From Clostridiales bacterium (GTDB taxonomy: Bacteria > Bacillota > Clostridia > Christensenellales > DTU072), in NCBI GenBank assembly GCA_012520515.1, contig JAAYOD010000032.1:9967-73966 (forward strand): a stretch of 64,000 nt of DNA, in the 5' to 3' direction. Positions 37,254 through 46,901 of this stretch are shown piece by piece. The position numbers were made by a program, and so were the translations under genes. Numbering within the stretch: the stretch's first letter is position 1; each line of letters opens with the position of its first letter. The notes beneath the pieces are model-generated. The model was not told the DNA's origin and searched no databases. It saw nothing but the letters and a program-made list of their open reading frames with translations.

Positions 37254-37714
37254 TTTGTAAAATCTCCGCTAGAGCCGCCAGTTTTTTTGACAAGCTCTAT
37301 ATTGTTTATAGTCATTTTTTTATCAATAGCCTTTACCATATCGTATATAGTTAGGCAAGCAACGCTAACTGCGTGCAATGCTTCCATTTCTACACCTGTT
37401 TTTGCTGTACACTTAACTTTAGCAAAAACTTCTATGCCATAATCAGTATATTCAAAGCTTACATCTACGCTTGTAAGGGGAATGTTGTGGCACATAGGAA
37501 TAATGCTTGAAGTATTTTTTGCTGCCATTACTGCGGCAACTTGCGCAACAGCAAGCGTATCGCCTTTTCTAACTTTACCTTTCTTAATTGCATAAAGTGC
37601 GTCACTGCTTATATGGATTTCTCCCCTTGCAACAGCAACTCTTGTTGTAATAGCCTTTTCAGTAACATCAACCATCTTTGCCCTACCTTGCTCATTAAAG
37701 TGCGTAAATTCCAT
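37250..37714 (-). CDS. moaC: cyclic pyranopterin monophosphate synthase
   Basis: 154 aa. MVDV..K..T.R.A and IPMCHNIPL motifs characteristic of MoaC. Confidence 0.92.
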   Translation of the reverse strand: MEFTHFNEQGRAKMVDVTEKAITTRVAVARGEIHISSDALYAIKKGKVRKGDTLAVAQVAAVMAAKNTSSIIPMCHNIPLTSVDVSFEYTDYGIEVFAKVKCTAKTGVEMEALHAVSVACLTIYDMVKAIDKKMTINNIELVKKTGGSSGDFTK

Positions 37715-37717
37715 TGC

Positions 37718-38641
37718 TTATCCCCCTATGCCAAACATATTTTTTTGCCACTGCCCGTTATCTAAATTATGCTGTTTAGGCTTTGCCTTAATGCAGTTTG
37801 CCAAATAAGAAACTAGCTTGTCAAAGTCATTTAGGTACGGTTTTAAGTCATACTCTATTTTATAATTAAGGCATGGCAGCAGCAGACCTTTAGCTGTAAC
37901 CCTTATTCTATTGCAACTAGAACAAAACTTATCACTAATAGGTGTAATTAGTCCTATTATTTCATCGCCATAATGATAGTAGCTACAATTATTTTCCCGC
38001 CAAGCAAATTTTAAATTATATCTTTTTATAATATTTAAAGCAGAAACATAATGTTTTTCAAAATAATCTTTCGTCTGATCAAAAGGCATTAGCTCAACAA
38101 AGCGTAAATTAGCGCCATTTTGTTTGGCAAAGTCTAAAAGACTGGGCAACTTATCTTCATTTATACCTTTTTGCAAAACAGCGTTTATTTTTAGCTTAAA
38201 GCCAAAGTTATAAGCTTCTTTAATTCCACCTATGGCGTCATTAATATTTCCACCTAAAGTAAGCTCTTTATATACATCAGGCTCAAGCGTATCTATACCA
38301 ATATTAATAGAATTAAGCCCCGCTTCTTTTAAGTCTTTACAAACAGGGGCAAGCAAAGTGCCGTTTGTGGTCAATGATACATTTTTAACTAAAGGCGAAA
38401 TTTGCTTAATTAAGTTTACTATGCCCCGCCTTACAAGTGGTTCTCCCCCAGTTATCCGTACTTTTTCTATTCCAAGAGTGGTAAGCGCCTTAACAATAAT
38501 AGCTAGCTGTTCTAGCCTAAGAATATCGTCATGACTGCACTTTTCCACGCCATACGGCATACAATACTTGCATTTTAAATTGCAAAGGTCAGTGACAGAA
38601 AGGCGCAAGTAATTAATTTCTCTATTATAGTTATCTAACAT
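37718..38641 (-). CDS. moaA: GTP 3',8-cyclase (radical SAM)
   Basis: 307 aa. YLRLSVTDLCNLKCKYC radical-SAM motif and C-terminal CSSCNRIRVTA second cluster. Confidence 0.92.
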   Translation of the reverse strand: MLDNYNREINYLRLSVTDLCNLKCKYCMPYGVEKCSHDDILRLEQLAIIVKALTTLGIEKVRITGGEPLVRRGIVNLIKQISPLVKNVSLTTNGTLLAPVCKDLKEAGLNSINIGIDTLEPDVYKELTLGGNINDAIGGIKEAYNFGFKLKINAVLQKGINEDKLPSLLDFAKQNGANLRFVELMPFDQTKDYFEKHYVSALNIIKRYNLKFAWRENNCSYYHYGDEIIGLITPISDKFCSSCNRIRVTAKGLLLPCLNYKIEYDLKPYLNDFDKLVSYLANCIKAKPKQHNLDNGQWQKNMFGIGG

Positions 38642-40521
38642 TTTATTATCTCTATTTCACCTAAATGGTCTACTGTATAATCGCCAAACTCAAGGAATTT
38701 TTGCTTAATTTCTTGACTGCTAAGCAAAGCAATAAATTTTTGAATACGCTCATCTTGCAAATTTTCTTCCGTCGTTAAAAAGTCGTACTGCTCTTGCCCC
38801 ACTTTAATAAAATCAAGTCCCATAAGCTTAGCTACAGAGCCTATGCCAAGCCCTACTTTAGCCACATCATTTTCTATTGCGACAGCAACTGCCAAATGCG
38901 TATTATATTCTTTTTCATAAGAGTTTATTAGGTTAGTAGGTATATTGTTTTGCTTAAGTAAGTAGTCAAATAAAATTCTTGTGCCTGCGCCCCTTTGCCT
39001 ATTTGCAAACGGCAGGCCAGTTTTAGCAATGTCGCCAATTGTATTTATGTTGTGCGGATTGCCCTTTTGCAGCATTAGACCTTGCGCACGCCCAACCCCT
39101 TTTATAAGCGCCATGTTTTTGCCAACAAAATATTTTTTGACATAAGATATATTGTATACACCGCTGTCTTCGTCAAGCAGATGAATAGGCGCAATATGAC
39201 ATTCGCCTTTTAGCATGGCCATTATTCCGCCAAGACTGCCAGTGTGGGCGCTTGTTATAGGCATTTTATCGCCAAGCACATCTATTATAAGGTCATGACT
39301 GCCAATAACTACTAAGTTTTGCTTAATTTTGTCTAGCGGTTTGTTAAGCATAACTTCTACTTTACTTCCTTCTTGCAACCCTTCGCAAAGTCTATCTATG
39401 CTAATTAGTCCGTCAGCCTTAACTAGCGACATAATTTGCGCCGCTCCCCGCTCTAGCGGAGTGGCAACAAGTTTATTATTAACTTCGCCTAATGACACTC
39501 TTACAATTTCGGTATTCTTAAATGATGATGGTATATTTCTTGATAGTGTGGCTACTGTCTTTGGCTTATCAGGCGCTTTTAAGCCCTGCATAGCGCAAAG
39601 AATAGGTTTTACAAAATTTTCAAACACAATGTAAGCAGAAACTGGATAGCCAGGAACGCCAATGACTGGCTTGCCGTTTACCTTGCCAAGTATGGTAGGT
39701 TTGCCAGGCTTTATGGCAAAGCCATGAGCAAACACTTCGCCTAAGCGTGCTATTGCGTTTACAGTATAATCTTTAGTGCCTGCCGAACTACCTGCGTTCA
39801 CAATTACAATATCACTATGGTTTGTCGCAAGCATTATAGCTTTTTCAAGCTCATTTTTGTCATCTTTACAAATAGGATAAATATAACTTTTTGCATTAAG
39901 TTCACTTGCCATAGCGGCAAACATTTTGGAGTTGCTCTCCATAAGGTGACCATCTTTTAATAAGGACGGCTCATTTACCATTTCATTACCTGTGGGAATT
40001 ATGGCAAGCTTTGGCTTTCTAACTACTGATATTTCAGTATTGCCCGATGCAAAAATAGCGCCGATATCAACAGGGCGCAAAACATGGTAAGAGGGCACTA
40101 TCATCTCACCTTCCACAATGCTTTCGCCTTTTACTCTTATATGTTGCCAAGGGTAAGCAGGCGATATAATTTGTACAGTGCCGTTTCCTTGCTCTATTAC
40201 TTCTTCTATCATAATTACAGCATTATACTTGCCTTTTATTGCAACGCCTGTGTTTATATATACAAAGTCTTTATTAAGAGTTAGGGTAAGGGGATTGCTT
40301 TCTGACGCATTTAAGGTGCTTTGCGCAACTACAGCTATGCCGTCCATTGCCGCCGCATTATACATAGGGTCACAATTTCTAGCATAGATAGCTTGCTTAA
40401 CCACTCTATTTAGCCCCTCTATGGTAGGAATTATTTGGCTTTCTAATTCTAATTCGCCTAAATAGTCAAGATAATCATCAAAAACAGATAAGTCATTATT
40501 TTGAATATAAGTTTTTCTCAT
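38635..40521 (-). CDS. moeA: MoeA-type molybdopterin metal-insertase fused to a C-terminal periplasmic-binding-protein-like domain
   Basis: 628 aa. N-terminal about 400 aa is MoeA-like (MDGIAV, PGYPVSA). The C-terminal about 220 aa has a PBP-like fold signature (VIGSHD...GSLGG...RQRGAGTR). Confidence 0.8.
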   Translation of the reverse strand: MRKTYIQNNDLSVFDDYLDYLGELELESQIIPTIEGLNRVVKQAIYARNCDPMYNAAAMDGIAVVAQSTLNASESNPLTLTLNKDFVYINTGVAIKGKYNAVIMIEEVIEQGNGTVQIISPAYPWQHIRVKGESIVEGEMIVPSYHVLRPVDIGAIFASGNTEISVVRKPKLAIIPTGNEMVNEPSLLKDGHLMESNSKMFAAMASELNAKSYIYPICKDDKNELEKAIMLATNHSDIVIVNAGSSAGTKDYTVNAIARLGEVFAHGFAIKPGKPTILGKVNGKPVIGVPGYPVSAYIVFENFVKPILCAMQGLKAPDKPKTVATLSRNIPSSFKNTEIVRVSLGEVNNKLVATPLERGAAQIMSLVKADGLISIDRLCEGLQEGSKVEVMLNKPLDKIKQNLVVIGSHDLIIDVLGDKMPITSAHTGSLGGIMAMLKGECHIAPIHLLDEDSGVYNISYVKKYFVGKNMALIKGVGRAQGLMLQKGNPHNINTIGDIAKTGLPFANRQRGAGTRILFDYLLKQNNIPTNLINSYEKEYNTHLAVAVAIENDVAKVGLGIGSVAKLMGLDFIKVGQEQYDFLTTEENLQDERIQKFIALLSSQEIKQKFLEFGDYTVDHLGEIEIIKC

Positions 40522-41720
40522 ATTGGAAATACCTCTAATAAAGTATCAGCTAAGATACCTTCTTCATTATCTGGAATAATAGTATAGCCGTCGGCTTTTG
40601 ACAGCACATTTATAAGTCCTGATTTATAAAAAAGCGGACTTGCTAAATAGCCTTGCGCGCTTTCCTCTAGCTTAAGGGGCATAACAGTGGCTCTGCCGCT
40701 TGCGCTTGGAAAGTTTGTCTTTGCCCTTGCAAAAAGCTTTTTTTGCTCCTTTATGCCAAAAGCGTCATAAACTCCATCTATAAAAACTTTAGAAAATGCC
40801 ACATGAGCCGCCATGGGATTGCCTGGAAGCCCTAATATAAGCTTGTTGTCTACTGATGCCGCCATAGTAGGTTTGCCTGGCTTTAGCGCAATGCCCTCTA
40901 TAAACAAATCGTCAGTAAAGCGCAAGATAGCTTTTTTTGTGTAGTCGCTGTATCCAACTGAACTTCCGCCCGAAATTACTATTATATCGCTTGAATTTAG
41001 CCCATTTTCAATAGCTTTTACAAGCTTGTCAAAGTCATCACTCACAATGATGCTAGAATTAGCTTGACCCACAGTTTTTATCATAGCGCTTAGCATATGA
41101 GAGTTTATATCTCTAATGTTGCAGCCTGTAAGTTGCGCGCAAGACGGCACTATTTCGTCGCCTGTTGAGATTAGCGAAAAGGTCATAGGCTTAAACACAG
41201 GGACAACGCTAACGCCTGCGCTTGCAAGCACGCCTATTTTTGCGCTGGTTAATATTGAACCTTTTGGCAAAAGCATGCTGCCTTTTTTGTAGTCTTCGCC
41301 TTTTTCTATGATATTTTCTTTTGCTTTTACTGGTGTATATACAAAAACTTCGTCTAAAAGTTTGGAAGTATGCTCTATCATAACAACAGCGTCGCTACCA
41401 TGCGGCAGCATTGCTCCCGTTGGCACATAGACACATTGTCCGTCTAAAATTTTAAGGTCTGTTTTTTTACCCATTATAGATTTGCCTATTAGCTTAAAAG
41501 CAGCTGGCACGCTTTGGCTTGCTCCTACCAGATTGCTGCTTTTTACGGCATACCCGTCCATAGTGGAACGGCAAAATTGCGGTAAATCCTGACTGCAAAA
41601 AATATCTTTGGCAACAATCTTTCCAACTGCGCTATCTAAGTCAAGGGTAATTATAGAATGATTTTGTAGCCTTGAAGAAATTAGGTTTTTTGCTTTATCT
41701 AGTGTAATTACATTTAGCAT
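40518..41720 (-). CDS. moeA: molybdopterin molybdenum/tungsten transferase
   Basis: 400 aa. MDGYAV, SGGSSVG, LPGNPMAA motifs. ATGA overlap with the downstream gene. Confidence 0.9.
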   Translation of the reverse strand: MLNVITLDKAKNLISSRLQNHSIITLDLDSAVGKIVAKDIFCSQDLPQFCRSTMDGYAVKSSNLVGASQSVPAAFKLIGKSIMGKKTDLKILDGQCVYVPTGAMLPHGSDAVVMIEHTSKLLDEVFVYTPVKAKENIIEKGEDYKKGSMLLPKGSILTSAKIGVLASAGVSVVPVFKPMTFSLISTGDEIVPSCAQLTGCNIRDINSHMLSAMIKTVGQANSSIIVSDDFDKLVKAIENGLNSSDIIVISGGSSVGYSDYTKKAILRFTDDLFIEGIALKPGKPTMAASVDNKLILGLPGNPMAAHVAFSKVFIDGVYDAFGIKEQKKLFARAKTNFPSASGRATVMPLKLEESAQGYLASPLFYKSGLINVLSKADGYTIIPDNEEGILADTLLEVFPI

Positions 41721-42212
41721 TTATTTTCTCCCGCACTCTGAAACCTTGCCAAGCAGTGACTCTATGCCATGGATAAGAGTAGGCAAAACAAATTCTAAAT
41801 TCTCTTTACAGGCTTTAGGTGAGCCTGGTAAGTTTAGTATTATGGTTTTTTCCTTTATGCCACAAACACCTCGCGTTAGCATTGCTCTTTTGGTATACTT
41901 TAGACCATTAGCTCTTACCGCTTCCATGATGCCTAAAATTTCTCTATCAATTACTGCTTTGGTTGCTTCAGGCGTTATGTCTTTAGGGGAAAGCCCTGTG
42001 CCGCCTGTGGTAACAACCAGGTTTACATTATTATTAATTTGGTTAATAAGCTCCTTTTTTAGTTTGCCAAAATCATCGGGAAGAATGGTGTAAGAAACCA
42101 CTTCAAAATTGCTTTCTTGTAAAATATTTGATATCACTTCTTTGCTTAAATCTTTATTTTCGCCTAAATACCTAGAGTCGCTCAAGGTGATTATGGCCGC
42201 TTTGTATTTCAT
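41721..42212 (-). CDS. moaB: MogA/MoaB-family molybdopterin adenylyltransferase-like protein
   Basis: 163 aa. TTGGTGLSPKD motif and MoaB/MogA length. Confidence 0.85.
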   Translation of the reverse strand: MKYKAAIITLSDSRYLGENKDLSKEVISNILQESNFEVVSYTILPDDFGKLKKELINQINNNVNLVVTTGGTGLSPKDITPEATKAVIDREILGIMEAVRANGLKYTKRAMLTRGVCGIKEKTIILNLPGSPKACKENLEFVLPTLIHGIESLLGKVSECGRK

Positions 42213-42841
42213 AACTTTATTATCCTTGTATCATTTGTCAATAAATCAATAATTATAAATTGGTCGCTCTCAAGTGTGCTTATACCTGCAAGCAGTTTTG
42301 CCATTTCGCTAACTTGCACGCTCGCAATTAAAGCTGGCACATAAGAAAGCGTTGCGCCAGTAGGCAAAGTTTTTTTAGTTGCATTTAGCTTAGAGAGTAA
42401 TTGGCTATCAGGTTGCATTATAGCTACTTGTCCATAAAGCCCATTTATAGCGCCATGAATGACAGGAATTTTGTATTCGTCGCTTATGCTTTGCAGTAAG
42501 TATCTAACAGCTAAATTATCTGTTGCGTCCATAATGACATCAATACCGTCAAGCATATAGGAATTACTCTTGATTAAATGGTGAGGATATGCTATTACTT
42601 TTGCTAAAGTATAGTCTATTATGGCATCGTGCGCGCAAATAGCTTTGTTAAGCCCTATGGTTTTGTTTGTACAAAATAATTGGCGGTTTAGATTGCTTTT
42701 ACAAAAAACATCGCCGTCAAAAATATGTATCTCTTGCGGATTTAGCCTTGCTACATAGTTTATAATGTTGCCGCCAAGGCCGCCAGCGCCAATGATAGCT
42801 ATTTTTTTATCCCTTATGCTTTGTGTAATGCGGTCAATCAA
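42209..42841 (-). CDS. short ThiF/MoeB/HesA-family E1-like adenylyltransferase
   Basis: 210 aa. Nucleotide-binding IIGAGGLGG, NLNRQ motif. No rhodanese or zinc-finger extension. Confidence 0.8.
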   Translation of the reverse strand: MIDRITQSIRDKKIAIIGAGGLGGNIINYVARLNPQEIHIFDGDVFCKSNLNRQLFCTNKTIGLNKAICAHDAIIDYTLAKVIAYPHHLIKSNSYMLDGIDVIMDATDNLAVRYLLQSISDEYKIPVIHGAINGLYGQVAIMQPDSQLLSKLNATKKTLPTGATLSYVPALIASVQVSEMAKLLAGISTLESDQFIIIDLLTNDTRIIKL

Positions 42842-42842
42842 T

Positions 42843-43091
42843 TTATCCCCCTGATGCAGGCGACATTATAAAGACGCTGTCGCCGTCACAAAGTTTTGTT
42901 TTGTATTTTTTTAGGTGCAAAAAATTGACATCGTTTACCATAATTACAGAGTTTTTTAACTCCTTATAAGTAAAGACGGGGAATTTTTTGCTTAATTTTT
43001 TTAATAAATCGCTTATAGAGTGAGCGTCTACTTCCCAACTAGACATTTTGTAGCTAAGTCTGTATATGCCAAAAAACTCTACCTTTACCAT
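42843..43091 (-). CDS. moaD: MoaD/ThiS-family ubiquitin-like sulfur carrier
   Basis: 82 aa ending in ...SPASGG (C-terminal Gly-Gly). Lies between aor and the E1-like gene. Confidence 0.8.
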   Translation of the reverse strand: MVKVEFFGIYRLSYKMSSWEVDAHSISDLLKKLSKKFPVFTYKELKNSVIMVNDVNFLHLKKYKTKLCDGDSVFIMSPASGG

Positions 43092-43093
43092 TT

Positions 43094-45100
43094 TTAGCTA
43101 CCTATATGCTTTTTAATGGACTTTCTTATAGATTTTGGCGCAATAACCTTAACTACGCCTTGCTCTTCAAGCGGTCTGGTATAAATTGGGTCATCATCTA
43201 GCTTGTCTATTCCTAAATACCTTAATGTAGAAAGTTTTACCATGCCGTTTTCATCCCAGCCCCGCCCTTTATAGAACTGCCTTTTTAGTTTTTCTTGTGG
43301 CACTTTGGTGCGTTTGTCGCCTTTTATTTGTTCTTCGTCAGTGAGGCGTTTTGGCAGTTTATCATCTTTTTGAGATATGCCAAGCTTTGTGTTTATTAGC
43401 CTTTCTAAGTTAAATCCGCGTGAACCTGCTTTCATAAGGTCGCCCATCTTATATTTCATACCAGTTGCGTATGTTATTGCAACCGGGTGGGGCAGCATAG
43501 AAGTAAGGTTAAGGTGCAAAATATCGGGAAACTTGTTTGCTATTTTTATTACAGGTCCAAAGTAAGGGAACAAAAAGTTAACTAGCTTTGTCACTATGCT
43601 GTTTGGTTTTGACATAAGGAAAAATGGGAAAAACGCGTATGTTGTAAACAGACAGCTTCCGCCTGCGCTTGCCCCTTCCATAAGGTTTTGGAACATTATT
43701 GCAAGCTGCGCTTTTCCCCGTGTTGTGTAAGGGTCAACTGAAAGTCCAAGACCTTCTAGTACCACCGCATAGCCAGCGTTTAGATGACAGCCGCCGCGGT
43801 TAGCAACCGAATACCCAAGCCCTTGCCCAACTGCAGCTCTAGGTTCATAGGCGGACAGCTCCATACCTTTTGATTGCATACAAAATTCTTGGCCGCCAAA
43901 CATTTTGCTAAGCTCTCTTGCCCCTTTAGCAAGTTTTTTGCCAACTTCGGTAGTGTTATAAGCAATTTCTTTTAATGTGTCAGTGATATTGTCCACTTTG
44001 CCAAAGCTAAGTCCGCAATCCCACATGCCTTTTTCATTAAGCTCCATAGCAAAAGCAATAGTGCCTGCTGTTGATATGGTGTCCATACCAAGTTCGTCTA
44101 ACTCATAGTTCCATTCAATAATTTTTTTCAAGTCATTATTTAATATGTTAGCGCCCATAAGCCCCATAATTTCTACTTCAGGGCCTTTAATGTTTTTGCC
44201 GTCAAGGTTTACCACTCTTGCGCATCTTATAGGGCAGGTTATACAGCCGTTATTTTTAACAAGATATTTTTCCGCCATCTCTTCCCCTGAAATTTTGCGG
44301 AAATCTTCAAATTTGCCAGTATTAAAGTTTTTGGTGGCAAGAAGATTTTTTTGATTCATAACAGAGAGAAGCGCGCCCGTTCCAAGCATAGGCAACTGCT
44401 TTCCAGTTAGCGGGTGGGATTTTAATCTTTTTGTCCATTTCTTTTTTAGCTTTGCAAGTTTGTCTGCGTTATAAATAGGCTGTTGCATTACGCCATAAGC
44501 TGTAATTGCTTTTAGGTTTTTGCTGCCCATAACTGCGCCAATTCCTCCCCTACCTGCCGCTCTGTCATCGCTTACCGCGCAAGCATATCTTACAAGGTTT
44601 TCGCCAGCAGGGCCTATGACAAGCTTGCCGCTCTTGCCGTCAATAGCTTGTTGCGCTTGGCCAGTTAGCATATTTTTAAGGTGGCTAGCGTCATTAAATT
44701 TCACGCCGTTTTCTGTAATTTCTAGATATGTAAGGCTAGGGCTTTTGCCTGTTATTATGATAGCGTCATAACCTGCGCGCTTTAAGCTTAGACCAAAAGT
44801 TCCACCGCAGTTGCTTGATGTCAATATGCCAGTAAGCGGTGAGATTGCGCTTACATTAAACCTAGATGAGCTTGGGCTGCCTGTGCCGTTTAATGGGCTA
44901 GTGCTTACCACTATGACATTTTCTTCACTAAGCGGGTCAATTGGGCCTTTAATAAAGTCATAAATAATTCGAGCAGCTAAAATTTTGCCGCCTAGATATT
45001 TTTTCCGGTCGTCATCTGTTATGGGATATTCACTTACTGTTTGGTCTGATAAATTGATTTTTAATACTTTGCCTGCATATGCGCCAAGTTTAGTAGCCAT
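43094..45100 (-). CDS. aor: tungsten-containing aldehyde:ferredoxin oxidoreductase
   Basis: AOR-family N-terminus GKVLKINLSD and [4Fe-4S] motif CITCPIRC. Start set to MATKLG (ATG 7 nt after AAGGAG) rather than the upstream GTG at 45118. Confidence 0.9.
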   Translation of the reverse strand: MATKLGAYAGKVLKINLSDQTVSEYPITDDDRKKYLGGKILAARIIYDFIKGPIDPLSEENVIVVSTSPLNGTGSPSSSRFNVSAISPLTGILTSSNCGGTFGLSLKRAGYDAIIITGKSPSLTYLEITENGVKFNDASHLKNMLTGQAQQAIDGKSGKLVIGPAGENLVRYACAVSDDRAAGRGGIGAVMGSKNLKAITAYGVMQQPIYNADKLAKLKKKWTKRLKSHPLTGKQLPMLGTGALLSVMNQKNLLATKNFNTGKFEDFRKISGEEMAEKYLVKNNGCITCPIRCARVVNLDGKNIKGPEVEIMGLMGANILNNDLKKIIEWNYELDELGMDTISTAGTIAFAMELNEKGMWDCGLSFGKVDNITDTLKEIAYNTTEVGKKLAKGARELSKMFGGQEFCMQSKGMELSAYEPRAAVGQGLGYSVANRGGCHLNAGYAVVLEGLGLSVDPYTTRGKAQLAIMFQNLMEGASAGGSCLFTTYAFFPFFLMSKPNSIVTKLVNFLFPYFGPVIKIANKFPDILHLNLTSMLPHPVAITYATGMKYKMGDLMKAGSRGFNLERLINTKLGISQKDDKLPKRLTDEEQIKGDKRTKVPQEKLKRQFYKGRGWDENGMVKLSTLRYLGIDKLDDDPIYTRPLEEQGVVKVIAPKSIRKSIKKHIGS

Positions 45101-45204
45101 ATAAATTCTCCTTATCACTTCATATTTTTATGGTAACATAAAAACCATTATTATTTCAAGATATAATATTATTTAAGTGTGATAAGTAGAAGTGACTTTG
45201 CGCC

Positions 45205-45232
45205 TTGACAATTATTTTATTTGTTGTAAAAT
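45205..45232 (+). promoter_or_regulatory. sigma-A promoter candidate for the apbE-rnf operon
   Basis: TTGACA (45205-45210), 16 nt, TAAAAT (45227-45232). Confidence 0.55.
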
Positions 45233-45288
45233 TATAAGGTAAGGCATTAAATATAGTTATGTAAAAAGGAGATAGGTAGTATGCGCTT

Positions 45289-46437
45289 ATGAAAAAGTCA
45301 AGAATTTTACTTATTTTTATGGTAATTCTTTTCTGCCTTTTACTAAGCGCCTGTCAAAGCGGCAAGCAACAAATTTATGCTAATTATAATTTCTTTGGAA
45401 CTACTTTAAAAGCTGTTGTTTACGCCAATAATGACAGCTTTAATTCTTTTAAGAATAAATGCGATAAAACTTTAGAGAGCATAAATCAAGCACTAAATGA
45501 AGATATAAAAGACTCTGACATTTATAAATTTAACAATGCTAAAGACAATGAAATAATTGAAGTGTCAGAAGTTTGTTATCAGCTTATATCTAAAGCAAAA
45601 GAGATACATAGCCTTACTTTAGGCGCTTACAATCCATGTGTTTATTACTTGGTGGATTTGTGGGGGTTTTCGCCTAGGTTTTCATATAACGACAATATGC
45701 AAGAACCTTATGACCGCGATTTTGATGACGATGGTTTTTTACCCTTGCCGGACAATGAGTATATAGAAGCATTTGCAGCTTTAGCTGATTTTGACAAGGT
45801 TAAACTTAATAGGCAAGATGACAAATACTTCCTTTATAAAGAAAATAGCAAAATGATGCTAGACGGCTATGAATATTATGTTAAAATTGATATAGGCGGG
45901 CTTATTAAAGGTTATGCAATAGATGTTTTAACTAATGAAGCCAAAACGCTAGGCTTAACTAAAGGCTATATAAGCTACGGCACTAGCAGTATTTCTATAT
46001 TGGAAAATAAAAAAGGCGATAGCTGGGAGCTAACGCTCACCAATCCAAGATTTACAGATAAGGGAAAAGAAACCTTTATAATGCTGCCTGTTAAAAACAA
46101 ACAGGTGTCTTCTAGCGGCGATTATGAAAGATATTATGAAAAAGAGGGCAAAAGGTATAGTCATATAATAGACGCAAGTAGCGGCAGACCTATTGATAAT
46201 GGGGTTTGCGCAGTTACGGTATTGTGTGATAACGCTATGCTTGCCGATATGCTGTCTACTGCTTTTTGCGTACTTGGCAAAGATAAAACACTAGAGCTAA
46301 TAACTGCCGAGTATTTTGTGGAAAAGAACATTCAAGTAATACTTACTTATATAGCTGGCGACAAAATGGAAATTTATACAAGCGACATAGAATATGTTAA
46401 TATTCTAGATGAGAGATATATTATATATAAGCTATGA
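45289..46437 (+). CDS. apbE: FAD:protein FMN transferase lipoprotein
   Basis: 382 aa. Signal peptide plus lipobox LLSAC. ApbE-family body (GGLIKGYA, SSSGDYER). Confidence 0.88.
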   Translation: MKKSRILLIFMVILFCLLLSACQSGKQQIYANYNFFGTTLKAVVYANNDSFNSFKNKCDKTLESINQALNEDIKDSDIYKFNNAKDNEIIEVSEVCYQLISKAKEIHSLTLGAYNPCVYYLVDLWGFSPRFSYNDNMQEPYDRDFDDDGFLPLPDNEYIEAFAALADFDKVKLNRQDDKYFLYKENSKMMLDGYEYYVKIDIGGLIKGYAIDVLTNEAKTLGLTKGYISYGTSSISILENKKGDSWELTLTNPRFTDKGKETFIMLPVKNKQVSSSGDYERYYEKEGKRYSHIIDASSGRPIDNGVCAVTVLCDNAMLADMLSTAFCVLGKDKTLELITAEYFVEKNIQVILTYIAGDKMEIYTSDIEYVNILDERYIIYKL

Positions 46438-46901
46438 AATACAGTATTGAGCAATTAAAAAAACAGCCATATTTTAAAATAGGTGATATAATTATTTATG
46501 CGCTAGTAGCAATTATTACCATAACGCTGTCTGTGGTGTTTCTTATTCCAAAAGAAGATAGAGCGCTGGATAAAGTATGTATTTATTATAAAGATGCACT
46601 TATTTATGAGTATGACTTTACAAGCGGTAAAGGCAAGGTAACTGATGGATATCAAAGTTATGTTGCAGAGCAAACAAAAAATGATAAGACTTTAGTTACT
46701 ATCAGTACAAAAGATGGAGAAAATGAAGTGGAGATAGCAAAAGCTTATGCGCTTATGGCAAAGTCTGATTGTAGCAGCTATGCCGATTGTGTAAGGAGCT
46801 TTAGACCAATTAGACAAGGCGGCGATATGATAATTTGTCTGCCAAACAATATAAGAATAATAGGAGAAGGCAAAGTTTTGCAAAACGAGATAAGGTTATG
46901 A
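46434..46901 (+). CDS. NusG-domain-II-like membrane-anchored protein
   Basis: 155 aa. N-terminal TM helix and C-terminal Cys-containing motif SDCSSYADCV...GDMIICLPNNI. ATGA overlap with apbE. Confidence 0.7.
   Translation: MKYSIEQLKKQPYFKIGDIIIYALVAIITITLSVVFLIPKEDRALDKVCIYYKDALIYEYDFTSGKGKVTDGYQSYVAEQTKNDKTLVTISTKDGENEVEIAKAYALMAKSDCSSYADCVRSFRPIRQGGDMIICLPNNIRIIGEGKVLQNEIRL

Noticed and set aside
45119-45204. Possible Moco-type riboswitch in the aor operon leader (minus strand)
   Set aside because: Only a weak 5-bp hairpin (ATGGT/ACCAT) is present. There is no CCTCC tract or SD-sequestering arrangement comparable to the tupA leader.
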